Below are positions 8,170-17,879 of a stretch of 64,000 nucleotides of DNA, one piece after another (position 1 is the stretch's first letter; every line of letters begins with the position of its first letter). Below the pieces are notes generated by a model. It saw only the letters and a program-made list of their open reading frames with translations, made no database searches and was not told where the DNA came from. The stretch spans positions 218-64,217 of the forward strand of contig MNWN01000041.1 in assembly GCA_001872545.1 (NCBI GenBank), read 5' to 3'. The DNA is from Parcubacteria group bacterium CG1_02_58_44 (lineage in GTDB: Bacteria > Patescibacteriota > Patescibacteriia > SG8-24). The translations under genes and the position numbers were made by a program.

Positions 8170-8388
8170 AGCCGCATTGTTTGACCTATTCAATTTATAA
8201 GTGTGTTCGGTAGGAACCTTGCGTCCCGCATCTTAACGCGCAACTATGATATCGGCGACAGCGCCGAAATACTGACGCCATATCGCCCTGACTTTCCTCC
8301 TGACCATAACTTGGCTAAGTTACGGCACCATGCTAAGATGATGGTGCCACGGTGCGTGGATCGGGTCGGACTAAAAGGTCCGTCCCGG

Positions 8389-8430
8389 AAAACGTCACGC
8401 CAATCTCCCACGGGCGTGACGTTTTTGTTT
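8389..8430. terminator. Bidirectional terminator-like hairpin downstream of lexA
   Basis: Perfect 13-bp AAAACGTCACGCC/GGCGTGACGTTTT stem with T tracts on both strands. Confidence 0.7.
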
Positions 8431-8473
8431 GTTAAAACGACCTTTAGCGAATTAAAGATGGAGAGACTGCAGT

Positions 8474-9097
8474 TCAACCGGACCTGAAGTCCCGTATCAC
8501 CGCCCTTACCACACCCTGAACCGCCAGATCCTTCACGTATATCGGCTCCATGGAACTGTTCGCTGGCTGCAGCCTCACTCTCCCCTTCTCTCGATAGAAA
8601 CGCTTCAGAGTGGCATACTCGTTCTCCAACAGAGCTACCACCGTATCCCCGTCGCAAGGCGTAGGATTCTTCTCAACGACCACCAGATCGCCGGACAAAA
8701 TACCGTCATCCTTCATCGACTCCCCTCTTACTCGCAGGACGAAGGTGTCGTCAGGCTTCCTAACCAGCGTCGCTGGAACATCTGTAGTCTCCGTCCCCTC
8801 CACGGCCTCGATTGGTTCTCCGGCGGCAATCAGACCTAAGAGTGGCAAGGTTACGGCCATTGCGGCCCGAAATAGCACTGAATCTACCTCTAAGGCTCGA
8901 GCCTCACCATCGCAGCTCGATAAGCAGCCTTTCTCCTTCAGATTTCTGATATGCTCGTGAACCGTGGCGGTCGAGGACAGACCGAGCGCTTCACCTATCT
9001 CCCGATAGGCTGGAGCGTAGCCGTTCTCCCGGATGTATCCGGTCACGTATTCAAGAATCTGATGCTGTTTTTTCGTCAACTTTTCCTGATTGCTCAT
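8474..9097 (-). CDS. lexA: SOS repressor LexA
   Basis: N-terminal HTH (GYAPAYREIGEALGLSS), AAG cleavage site, VRGESM catalytic Ser, ATLKR catalytic Lys. Confidence 0.96.
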   Translation of the reverse strand: MSNQEKLTKKQHQILEYVTGYIRENGYAPAYREIGEALGLSSTATVHEHIRNLKEKGCLSSCDGEARALEVDSVLFRAAMAVTLPLLGLIAAGEPIEAVEGTETTDVPATLVRKPDDTFVLRVRGESMKDDGILSGDLVVVEKNPTPCDGDTVVALLENEYATLKRFYREKGRVRLQPANSSMEPIYVKDLAVQGVVRAVIRDFRSG

Positions 9098-9138
9098 AAA
9101 GTCTATCCACACCCACTTCAAACCTGACTAAATCTTAC

Positions 9139-9155
9139 CCGAACAAAAACCGAAC
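9139..9155 (-). promoter_or_regulatory. Candidate LexA operator, direct repeat GTTCGG-N5-GTTCGG
   Basis: CCGAAC at 9139-9144 and 9150-9155 (11-bp period), next to a TAAGAT -10 box on the lexA strand. Confidence 0.6.
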
Positions 9156-9271
9156 AACAAGAACCCCCTTGTGTACAACCTACGAACCGCTACTGCACAA
9201 CCAACCATAACCGCCTTGACACAACCAAAAGGAATCGTCTTTTTGATCCTAGAATGGTATAAATCATCCAT

Positions 9272-10072
9272 ATGACCCTAGTTTTCAGCGGCATTGCCAC
9301 CCACACCCCTATCCTAATGCCAAGGATCGGCAAGGCTGAGGGCCTCAAGATGATAGAAAAAACCGGTCAGGCGATGGAACTGTTCAAGCAGGAACTGCTG
9401 ATGACACGACCGGACATCGTCGTCGTGATCTCACCTCATGGCGAGATGCTGACCGATGCCGTCACCATCAACCTCAACTCCAAGTACGTCAGTCGCTTCG
9501 ACGAGTTCGGTGACCTAGTGACGAAGGACGAATGGCGACCGGCCACCATGCTGATCGACCGGCTGCGCGAGGACTCCAAACGACTGCATCTGCCGCTGAC
9601 ACTGACAAGCGAGGACTTCCTGGACTATGGAACCTCGGTGCCGCTGCACTACTTGACCGAAAATCTCAAGGATGTTCGCATCGTACCGATGCGCCCATCA
9701 TCAGGACTTAGTCTCAAGGCTCACTTCGAAATCGGCGCGGCGCTGAAATCGGAGATAATGGACTCCACTTCCAGGATAGTCGTAATTGCCTCCGCCGACC
9801 TGTCCCATCGCGTAGGCGAGAATTCCCCCGGAGGACTGTCCCCAAAGGGTGTGGCCTTCGACGACAAGATAATCGAACTGCTGAGGGAACGAAACCCGAT
9901 CGGTATCCTGGACATCGACGAAGACTGGATCAAGGAGGCCCAGGCCTGCGGTGCGGCGCCGTTGGCCCTGCTCTTCGGACTACTCGACGGCATGAACATC
10001 GAACCGCATATCTTCTCCTACGAAAAACCGCTGGGAGTCGGATACCTCATAGCCGGCATCAGGACCTCCTGA
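9272..10072 (+). CDS. MEMO1/AmmeMemoRadiSam protein B-like (LigB/extradiol dioxygenase fold)
   Basis: HTPIL, ISPH, LDYGTSVPL, IASADLSH, ACG, YEKPLGVGY motifs. Confidence 0.85.
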   Translation: MTLVFSGIATHTPILMPRIGKAEGLKMIEKTGQAMELFKQELLMTRPDIVVVISPHGEMLTDAVTINLNSKYVSRFDEFGDLVTKDEWRPATMLIDRLREDSKRLHLPLTLTSEDFLDYGTSVPLHYLTENLKDVRIVPMRPSSGLSLKAHFEIGAALKSEIMDSTSRIVVIASADLSHRVGENSPGGLSPKGVAFDDKIIELLRERNPIGILDIDEDWIKEAQACGAAPLALLFGLLDGMNIEPHIFSYEKPLGVGYLIAGIRTS

Positions 10073-10079
10073 CAATCGG

Positions 10080-11972
10080 ATGCGTGCCATGTTCGCCAAG
10101 ATAATCCCGGCCGTCCGCCTGCCGAAAAGCCTAGGAACGTACGACTACGCGGTGCCGGAGAGGTACCGCGGTTTGGTGCGACGCGGCTCGTGGGTGATCG
10201 TTCCTTGGCGAGGGCGACCGGTCGACGGACTGGTGACCGAACTGTCCGAGACCGCATCCGTCGAGAACGGGCGGATCGCCGAACTGCTCGGCTTCGGCGA
10301 CTCTCACGCTCTGGAGGAAGACTTGCTTAGTCTGCCGCAAAAGATGTCGGACCGTTATCTGGTCTCGCCGGCCACCGCACTGAAGGCCTTCCTGCCCAGG
10401 ACACCCAAGACCAAGCTGCTGACCGACATCACGGAAGCAAATCCACCAGAACAAACCGTCCGGACCAAGTCGAATCTCGCCGAGCGCCTGCTGATCAGAT
10501 ACCGTCGTCCCGACGAAAAAATTGCCGAGGCGATCCGTCTTACGAAGAGCACGGTCGACTCCGGTCGCGGTGCCGTAGTGATCACGCCACACAGTGCCGA
10601 AGTCGCCGAACTAGTCAGGGCATTGACCTTCCCTGACGGACCGCCGGTCATGGAGATCCACGGCGGAATGACCGGTCCGCGCCTTCGCATCAACTGGAAG
10701 CGACTGCTGTCCGAACCGGTCGCGATCGTAGTCGGCACCCGCCTGGCCGCTTTAGCGCCGATCCGCAGTCCGGGCCTGTTCCTGATACTAGAGTCCGACA
10801 GTCCCGATCTGCGCCAATACGACCAGAACCCACGTTACGACTCCCGCGAGATCGCGCTCTGGCGAGCGGACGAGTCCGGGGCCGGTCTGGCCTACCTGTC
10901 GCATGCGCCGCGCCTGGAGGAATACGCCCTAGCCGCCGAAGGTCGGCTGTCTCGACTGGCCACACCTACCTCCGACCCGAAGACGGTCCTGGTGAACGTC
11001 ACCGGCAACCCGAGAGGCCACGACCATCCGCTGTCGCCGGCGATAATGAACAGGACGGAGGAGTCTTTACGTCAGGGAAAAAAGGTGCTAGTTTACCATA
11101 ACCGTCTTGGAACGGCCGGAGCCCTGATCTGCAACGGCTGCCGACTGGTGTTCCGCTGCGGGCGGTGCGACATTGCACTAGGTGTGGGAAGCAGCGGCCT
11201 GCGCTGCCCGCGCTGTGCGACGACCACGGCCCTGCCCTCGGCCTGTCCCAAATGCGGTGACACGAACCTTCATAATGTAGGCCTGGGCACCAAATCGCTC
11301 GAGACGGCTCTACAGAGAGAGTTCCCGGAAAGCAAGATCACCGCCTACGACTCCGACCTTTCGGATGAGGAACGCAGCAGGGCCATCGACGAGTCCGACG
11401 TTCTAGTCGGCACCCGCCTGATTCTGCACGATCTGGCCGAGCTGCCCTCTCGAGCCGACTGGGGCTGCGTAGCCGTAACCGACCTCGACGGACTGCTGTC
11501 GTTCCCCGGCTTCCGGGTAACGGAGGATGCATGGCGCACCGTCCGGATACTCAAAGACATCGCCGCCTCATCCGAGGCGCCGCTGATGATGCAGACACTC
11601 GATCCGGACGGCACCAAGATCAGGCTGCTCAGCTCAAACGAGCGCGACTTCGTAGCTACGGAACTGGAAGCGAGACGCGGCTCGGCCTATCCCCCGTTCG
11701 GCACGCTCCTGACGGTCACCGTCAGAAGTCAGAGTCAGGACGAGACGGAACGTCAGGCGAAAGAGCTGGTCGCCGCGCTTAAGGAAGCGATCGTCCCGGG
11801 ACACGGGACCGTCGCCGGTCCTCTACGCCATCGGCGTCCGTTCCGCGACGGCATGTGGAGGAGCGTGATCGTCATCAAGACCGGAACGGACATCCCGCCA
11901 AGCGTCCGGCAGGCGCTTACCGAGCTGCCGGAAAGCCATATCGTAGACCGCAACCCGGAAACGATCGGCTGA
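10080..11972 (+). CDS. priA: Primosomal protein N' (PriA), helicase motifs degenerate
   Basis: N-terminal YDYAVP 3'-binding domain, VVGTR, PRYDSR, four CxxC pairs, YPPF. Confidence 0.85.
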   Translation: MRAMFAKIIPAVRLPKSLGTYDYAVPERYRGLVRRGSWVIVPWRGRPVDGLVTELSETASVENGRIAELLGFGDSHALEEDLLSLPQKMSDRYLVSPATALKAFLPRTPKTKLLTDITEANPPEQTVRTKSNLAERLLIRYRRPDEKIAEAIRLTKSTVDSGRGAVVITPHSAEVAELVRALTFPDGPPVMEIHGGMTGPRLRINWKRLLSEPVAIVVGTRLAALAPIRSPGLFLILESDSPDLRQYDQNPRYDSREIALWRADESGAGLAYLSHAPRLEEYALAAEGRLSRLATPTSDPKTVLVNVTGNPRGHDHPLSPAIMNRTEESLRQGKKVLVYHNRLGTAGALICNGCRLVFRCGRCDIALGVGSSGLRCPRCATTTALPSACPKCGDTNLHNVGLGTKSLETALQREFPESKITAYDSDLSDEERSRAIDESDVLVGTRLILHDLAELPSRADWGCVAVTDLDGLLSFPGFRVTEDAWRTVRILKDIAASSEAPLMMQTLDPDGTKIRLLSSNERDFVATELEARRGSAYPPFGTLLTVTVRSQSQDETERQAKELVAALKEAIVPGHGTVAGPLRHRRPFRDGMWRSVIVIKTGTDIPPSVRQALTELPESHIVDRNPETIG

Positions 11973-11986
11973 ACGACAAGACCAAT

Positions 11987-12451
11987 ATGCCAGTGAAAAA
12001 GATAGTTACCATCGGCGAACCGATACTTCGCCAACGCGCTAATGAAGTCGATCCGAATGAAATTCGGACCGATACCTTCAGGCGTATGGTGGAGGACATG
12101 ATAGAGACGATGCGCTCTGCCCAAGGAGTCGGCCTGGCTGCCCCACAGGTGGGAATGAATCGACGCCTATTCGTGGCTGATACCTCGGCCGGACCTATTG
12201 CCCTCATCAACCCGAAGTTCACCAAAATGTCGAAGAAGACCGCCCTATATGAGGAGGGCTGTCTGTCGGTACCCGGAAAATACGATTCGGTCCGTCGGGC
12301 GCTGGAGGTGGATGTCGAGGCACTGACGATCGGGGGCGAAAAGATAGCCTTCACTGCCAAGGGTTTCTTCGCCCGGGTCATGCAGCATGAGATGGACCAT
12401 CTAGATGGCATTCTGTTCGTCGACCGCATAAAGGAGCAGAACGAGACCTGA
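11987..12451 (+). CDS. def: Peptide deformylase
   Basis: GVGLAAPQVG, EGCLSVP, QHEMDHLDG. Confidence 0.97.
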   Translation: MPVKKIVTIGEPILRQRANEVDPNEIRTDTFRRMVEDMIETMRSAQGVGLAAPQVGMNRRLFVADTSAGPIALINPKFTKMSKKTALYEEGCLSVPGKYDSVRRALEVDVEALTIGGEKIAFTAKGFFARVMQHEMDHLDGILFVDRIKEQNET

Positions 12452-12492
12452 CAGCTCCACCCGCCTCCAGTCACGAATTTTCCTAAAAACAC

Positions 12493-13443
12493 ATGGAACA
12501 ATCCCGCATAGTCTACTTCGGCACCGCGGACTTCGCCGTGCCGCCGCTCCAGTCGCTCCTCGCCTGCCCAGAGAACTTCGATGTCGTAGCCGTAGTCTCG
12601 CAGCCGGACCGTCCGGCCGGACGCCACCGGGAAAGACTACCCTCACCGGTAAGCGCCATGGTCCAACGGTCAAAGTTGCCCCTGCTGCAGCCTGAGAGTG
12701 TCGACCTGCCTTTCCTGGAGGCCCTGCGTGGCCTGCGAGCCGATCTCTTTGTAGTGGCTGCCTACGGACGGATACTGCCGCGTCAGGTACTCGAGATGCC
12801 GAAACTCGGTTCAGTCAACCTCCACGGTTCCCTGCTGCCCAAGTACCGAGGCGCCTCCCCCATCCAGTCCGCCATTCTCGACGGCGAGACCGAAACCGGA
12901 GTCACCCTGATCCTGATGGACGAGAAGATGGACCACGGTCCGATCCTGGCCACGGCCATCGAGACCATCAGGGAGGACGACGACTACCTGTCGCTGGCCG
13001 GCCGTCTGTCCGAAGCCGCCGCCGGACTGCTGACTGACAGCCTGACGAGATTGGCCGACGGCACGCTCCATACGCAGGAGCAGGACCATAGCCTGGCGAC
13101 CTTCACCAAGATGATCAGGAAGGAAGACGGACTGATCGACTGGACGACCGCGGACGCCTGGGAGGTCGAACGCCGAATGCGTGCCTACCGCCCCTGGCCC
13201 GGGATCCATTTCGACTGGACGACCAGGAACGGTCATACGGTACGAACCAGGCTGCTCGCGACTGAAGTGGTCCATGCGAACGGCCAAACGCCGGGAGCAG
13301 TCATCGAGACCGAGAATGGCTTGCCGGCCGTGGTCGTCGCGGACGACGAAGCTGTACTGCTGGTCGAGGTCCAGCCTGAAGGCCGCCGTCCCATGTCCGG
13401 TGCCGACTTCCTGCGGGGTTATCCGCCGTCAGAGACGATCTGA
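12493..13443 (+). CDS. fmt: Methionyl-tRNA formyltransferase
   Basis: YFGTADFA, SQPDRPAGR, NLHGSLLPKYRGASPIQ; follows def. Confidence 0.97.
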   Translation: MEQSRIVYFGTADFAVPPLQSLLACPENFDVVAVVSQPDRPAGRHRERLPSPVSAMVQRSKLPLLQPESVDLPFLEALRGLRADLFVVAAYGRILPRQVLEMPKLGSVNLHGSLLPKYRGASPIQSAILDGETETGVTLILMDEKMDHGPILATAIETIREDDDYLSLAGRLSEAAAGLLTDSLTRLADGTLHTQEQDHSLATFTKMIRKEDGLIDWTTADAWEVERRMRAYRPWPGIHFDWTTRNGHTVRTRLLATEVVHANGQTPGAVIETENGLPAVVVADDEAVLLVEVQPEGRRPMSGADFLRGYPPSETI

Positions 13444-13514
13444 CCAGAGGAGGACACAAAAAACAGCCGTCCAACGAGGGCGGTTTTTGTTTCCGTCGAA
13501 CCGTCCGAAAGTAA

Positions 13515-15971
13515 CTATGTCCCGATGTCGCCTTCCCGCCTCAATGAAAGCCCCCAAGCCGCAGCCGCCATCAGCAGACCGATGCCCAACGGATGGTTCA
13601 GGTACGGACTGAAGATGTGGGTTCCGAGCAGAGCCGCTACGCCAGACACCGCACCGACAGCGATCAGCACCTCGCGGGAAACCAACCGACCTTTTCCGTC
13701 CAACCTCCGCACTGACCCCTCCCTGATAAAGAGCAAGGTGGGTTTCAGCACAACGGCGACCAGCCAAGCGTAGACCACGAGCCCCAGCAGCCCGAACTTT
13801 ATCCAAAGATCATGGTAACCCCACTCGAAGGCGAAGGTGGTGTAACGTCCGGTCGGGTTGTCGACGAGCAAACGGGGGTCGCTAGTAATGTAGGTGACCT
13901 CGGTGCCCAGTCCAGACCCGAACACCGGATGTCGCCAACCGGCGTTCCACAGCTCTGGCAACAGCGCCCAACGACTGTTGGCTGCGGCCTCGCCGGACAG
14001 GGAGAAGGCCCGTCCTCCGATCAGCGAAGTCAAAGACATGTCGCCGGTCTTGTTAGGAAACGGAAAAACGTAAACCGCGGTAATTATCGCCACGGCCGCA
14101 ATCAGGGACAGCGGAGCGACGAGCGCCATCCGACGCCACAGACCGCGTCCACCGCCGGTCCAAAGCAGGAGCCCGACCATCACGCCGGTTCCGACGAACC
14201 CGCCGAACCAGAAACTCCTGGACAATCCCAGCAGTAGGCCTACCAGTCCCCAAGTCATTAGACCGAACGTAACCCAAAACGACCGTCCATGCAGTAGACG
14301 TGGTGCAGCCACAGCCAGCAGTAGCACCACGAAGACGCCAGCCAGCAAGAAAAGATGCGACTGAAAAAACACCCTATGAAAATCCGCTGTCATGACGGTC
14401 ACCTCCCCCACCCTGGTGTCACGGACCCAAACGTACATGTTGGCGGCTACATAAAACAGGTGATGCGAAAAAAAGTAAAGCACGGCCAGAGACTTGGCGA
14501 CCAGCACGGTCATGGCCGCAGCCAGCACATACCAGAGTGTCCGCCCGGTACGGAGCCCGGGCCAGCCTTCAACGAAAGCCGGAAACAAGGCAAAGAAAGC
14601 ATATCCATTGGCATCGAAGAAGACGTTGCCGAAGCCGTTCCCGGCCAACAGCCCACGTAACCCGCCGAAGGCCAACACGGTCAGCAGGGCCAAGTACGGC
14701 CACAGCAGACCGGACGACCGCATTTCCACATACCAGGCCGGTGCCTTAAAAGAACGACGTCTCAGTCCGGCGGCCAAACCCAATGCGGTCCGGGCCATCC
14801 AAGTCCCGAACACGGCCAAAAACAAGCCCATGCGCAACGACAAAACGGCGCCATCGACGTCGGCTGGTCCGACAGCCAACAGGTAGCCGCCCTGCGACCC
14901 GACAAACAGCTCGCCCAGGACCGCTATAACCCCCAACCAAGGCCGATACCAGGATAGTACGGCCACCGCCAGGACCACGACAAAGAAAGCCGCCTGATTC
15001 AGCCACGAAAAGTTATAGCCGATCCAGGACACGAGTTCCAGAAGAATATAGCCGGACAGAAGGACCAAAAAGAGACGAGGACCGGACCAATGTCGACTCT
15101 TAGAGCCTCTGCCGCCGCGAAACGAACCGGAGGCTAGGTGCACAGCCCACGAAAGCGCCATAGAGACCGGATGCAGTAGAGTCACCATCAACCGCGACAT
15201 TAGACTCCCGTGCTTGCGCATGTACGTCCGCAGACTGGCATTCCAGAAACGCTGCTTGGTCGGACCCATCTCCTGAGCGAAGCTCTCCCCGCCCCAGTGC
15301 ACCACCTCGGCCTCAGGCGTGTAGCCGACCCGCAGTCCGGCCGCACGCACGCGCCGGCAGAAATCTACCTCCTCGAACCAGATGAAGTAATCCTCGTCGA
15401 GCGGTCCGATGCGGTCCAGCACCGAACGCCGGGTCAGGAAGGCCGCACCCATGACCTGATCGACGTCCGCCGCAGCCGAATAGTCGAAATCGTCGCACAG
15501 ATAGCGCCTCAACGAAGCGCGTTTCGGGAAGACACGATGCAGCTTCAGCATGATCATGGCCTGATCCGACGTCCCCGGGAACGCCCGAACCGACTCCTGC
15601 AGCGACCCGTCCGGATTCAGCAGGCGCGGACCGAGCACTCCAAGGTCCGGCCGATCCCGCATGACCCTGACCATCCCGGCTAGGGCATTGCTCCGCAGCT
15701 CGGTATCGGGATTCAGCAGCAGCACAAACTCACCCCCGGCCACGGCAATGCCGGGGTTATTGCCGGCAGAGAACCCCAGGTTGCCGGAGTTCTCGATCAT
15801 CCGCACCTGCGGAAACTCGCGCCGGACCATCTCCGCGCTGCCGTCACCCGAGTCGTTGTCCACGACAATAACCTCGAAGCTTAATCCGACGGTCTGCTCA
15901 AAGACTGAAGTCAGGCAACGGCGCAGCAGTTCCCTGACCTTCCAATTGAGAATGACGACACTCAAATCCAT
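13515..15971 (-). CDS. GT2 glycosyltransferase fused to a multi-TM O-antigen ligase/polymerase-like domain
   Basis: N-terminal VVDNDSGDGS, LLNPDT, EEVDFC. C-terminal about 12 TM segments with LSRSFW, SRW, GSGLG and YHDLW motifs. Confidence 0.85.
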   Translation of the reverse strand: MDLSVVILNWKVRELLRRCLTSVFEQTVGLSFEVIVVDNDSGDGSAEMVRREFPQVRMIENSGNLGFSAGNNPGIAVAGGEFVLLLNPDTELRSNALAGMVRVMRDRPDLGVLGPRLLNPDGSLQESVRAFPGTSDQAMIMLKLHRVFPKRASLRRYLCDDFDYSAAADVDQVMGAAFLTRRSVLDRIGPLDEDYFIWFEEVDFCRRVRAAGLRVGYTPEAEVVHWGGESFAQEMGPTKQRFWNASLRTYMRKHGSLMSRLMVTLLHPVSMALSWAVHLASGSFRGGRGSKSRHWSGPRLFLVLLSGYILLELVSWIGYNFSWLNQAAFFVVVLAVAVLSWYRPWLGVIAVLGELFVGSQGGYLLAVGPADVDGAVLSLRMGLFLAVFGTWMARTALGLAAGLRRRSFKAPAWYVEMRSSGLLWPYLALLTVLAFGGLRGLLAGNGFGNVFFDANGYAFFALFPAFVEGWPGLRTGRTLWYVLAAAMTVLVAKSLAVLYFFSHHLFYVAANMYVWVRDTRVGEVTVMTADFHRVFFQSHLFLLAGVFVVLLLAVAAPRLLHGRSFWVTFGLMTWGLVGLLLGLSRSFWFGGFVGTGVMVGLLLWTGGGRGLWRRMALVAPLSLIAAVAIITAVYVFPFPNKTGDMSLTSLIGGRAFSLSGEAAANSRWALLPELWNAGWRHPVFGSGLGTEVTYITSDPRLLVDNPTGRYTTFAFEWGYHDLWIKFGLLGLVVYAWLVAVVLKPTLLFIREGSVRRLDGKGRLVSREVLIAVGAVSGVAALLGTHIFSPYLNHPLGIGLLMAAAAWGLSLRREGDIGT

Positions 15972-15975
15972 ATTC

Positions 15976-16701
15976 TCAGTTCAGATGATGTTTCTCCTTG
16001 ATGATGGCTTCGGCCTCCCGGAACCTCTCCACAGCCCGCATCCTAAGACCCAGCCTGATCCACGGTATGCGGTAAAAGATCCCCGGTACCCAGGTGCTGA
16101 TGCCGCCCAGATGCGGTATGGCCACGAACAGATACTCGGGGATCCAAGTCCCGGACTGCCCACGCTCGAGCATGGTCAGCCATAAATCCCAGTCCTGCAG
16201 CTTACGGATGGACTCGTCGAAGCCGGGAAAATGTTCCCGCCGGATCAGCGAGGTCGTATGAATATAGTTCATCCGTCGCAGGCGCGCCGGATCGAACGGC
16301 CAGAGCCTGAACTTCTTCCAGCCGTACATGAACGAGCAATAGGCATAAGCTGCATCCGACCGCAACTCGAGGGCTCGAACCATCTTCTCTAGACAGTCTG
16401 GCTTCATGACGATATCGGCATCGCAGAATAGGACCAGCCGACCGCATGCCTCACGGTAGCCGCGATTCCGAGCCGCATTCGCGCCGCGGTTCTCCTGCCT
16501 GATGTAGGTAAGTCTCGACAAAAACGGCCGGAGTGTCTCTTCCGTACCGTCAGTCGAACCGTCATCGACTACGATGACCTCGAAGTCGCGGTAAGCTTGA
16601 CCGAAGACGCTGTCCAAACAAGCCGGCAGTTCGCGAGCATGCTGGTAGGCGGGAATGACGATGCTAATGGCCGTGGTCCGGCCGGATTCTATCTCGTTCA
16701 T
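15976..16701 (-). CDS. Glycosyltransferase family 2
   Basis: SIVIPAY, VVDDGSTD, CDAD, QDWDLW. Confidence 0.93.
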   Translation of the reverse strand: MNEIESGRTTAISIVIPAYQHARELPACLDSVFGQAYRDFEVIVVDDGSTDGTEETLRPFLSRLTYIRQENRGANAARNRGYREACGRLVLFCDADIVMKPDCLEKMVRALELRSDAAYAYCSFMYGWKKFRLWPFDPARLRRMNYIHTTSLIRREHFPGFDESIRKLQDWDLWLTMLERGQSGTWIPEYLFVAIPHLGGISTWVPGIFYRIPWIRLGLRMRAVERFREAEAIIKEKHHLN

Positions 16702-17879
16702 GGCGACTGATTAGTTATCGTCCCGTCCATGGCCCGAAGGACCGCAGCGGCGAACTTCTCATTCTGACCGCCCTCCCCAAAATCACGTTCGACCCTATGC
16801 CGACCGCCGGCACCCAAACTCTGCCGCAACGTCTCGTCGTCGATCAGACGCTCGACCGCCTCCTTCAACGCCGTTGGATCGTCCGGCTCGACCAACAGTC
16901 CGGTCTGTCCGTCTATCACCGCCTCAGTCACCCCACCTGTCCTGGATCCAACGGTCGGACGGCTGAAGATCCCGGCCTCCAAATAGACGATGCCGAATCC
17001 CTCGACATCGCTACCCAGCGATCTTGGCACCAGCACGAACGCGTCACAGGCGGCAAAAGCCCTTGAGAGCTCCAAACGATCGACCTGACCGAGAAAGACC
17101 GTCTCGGCGACGACGTCCAACTCCTGCGCCAGCTCGATCAACTCGTCGATAAAAGGACCGGCTCCGACGATCATTTGCCTAACTTCACGTCCCGACCTCT
17201 TCAGTTCGGCCAAGGCCTGCAAACAAATGTCGAACCCCTTGCGTCTCACCAGCCGTCCGGTCGACAGCAAAACGAAAGAGTTGCCTAATCCATGTCTCTG
17301 TCGAAACGCCTCAACCTGTTCGGCGCCGACGACCAGATCGAGCGGTAAGGATGGCGGCGGGATGACGACTTCAATCCGCTCCTTCGGCACCCCCATGGAC
17401 CTGACCAACTCGGCGGTGAAACCGCTGTTGGCCACCACCAATGCGGCACCGAAGAGTATCCGACGGGCACCTACCCTCTTTCTTCGGTCGCCAGACATGG
17501 CCAACGAGACATCCATCCCGTGAACGATGACCGTGTAGGGTATACCCAAGAGCCGCCGAATCCAACGAGCGACTCGCCCCATGTTCAGCAGGTGACTGAC
17601 GACCAGCATTCGAGGACTTTCACGACGACACAGCAGCCAAGTCCAGTACAGGGCCGGCAGCCAACGCGGGCGCAGCCAACGGACCTCAAGCGGGCGACGA
17701 TAGATGGCCGGACCGGCCACCATGTCCGTCCCGTGGCTTCCCTCGATCTCCGGCGCCAGGACCTGAACGGTCCCTATCGAATACCGCTCGGCAAGGTAAG
17801 ACAGGTAAGTCGAAACTCCGCCGACCTGTGGCGGATACTCCAGCGTAAGCAGCAGCAGGTTGTGATTCGAATCTTTCAT
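16698..17879 (-). CDS. Glycosyltransferase family 4
   Basis: YPPQVGG, GRLVRRKG, EGFGIVYLEA. Confidence 0.93.
   Translation of the reverse strand: MKDSNHNLLLLTLEYPPQVGGVSTYLSYLAERYSIGTVQVLAPEIEGSHGTDMVAGPAIYRRPLEVRWLRPRWLPALYWTWLLCRRESPRMLVVSHLLNMGRVARWIRRLLGIPYTVIVHGMDVSLAMSGDRRKRVGARRILFGAALVVANSGFTAELVRSMGVPKERIEVVIPPPSLPLDLVVGAEQVEAFRQRHGLGNSFVLLSTGRLVRRKGFDICLQALAELKRSGREVRQMIVGAGPFIDELIELAQELDVVAETVFLGQVDRLELSRAFAACDAFVLVPRSLGSDVEGFGIVYLEAGIFSRPTVGSRTGGVTEAVIDGQTGLLVEPDDPTALKEAVERLIDDETLRQSLGAGGRHRVERDFGEGGQNEKFAAAVLRAMDGTITNQSP

Noticed and set aside
8286-8300. Minus-strand GGAGGAAAGTCAGGG resembling the RNase P RNA 5' P4 motif
   Set aside because: No matching 3' P4 strand, and too little sequence before the clpB terminator.
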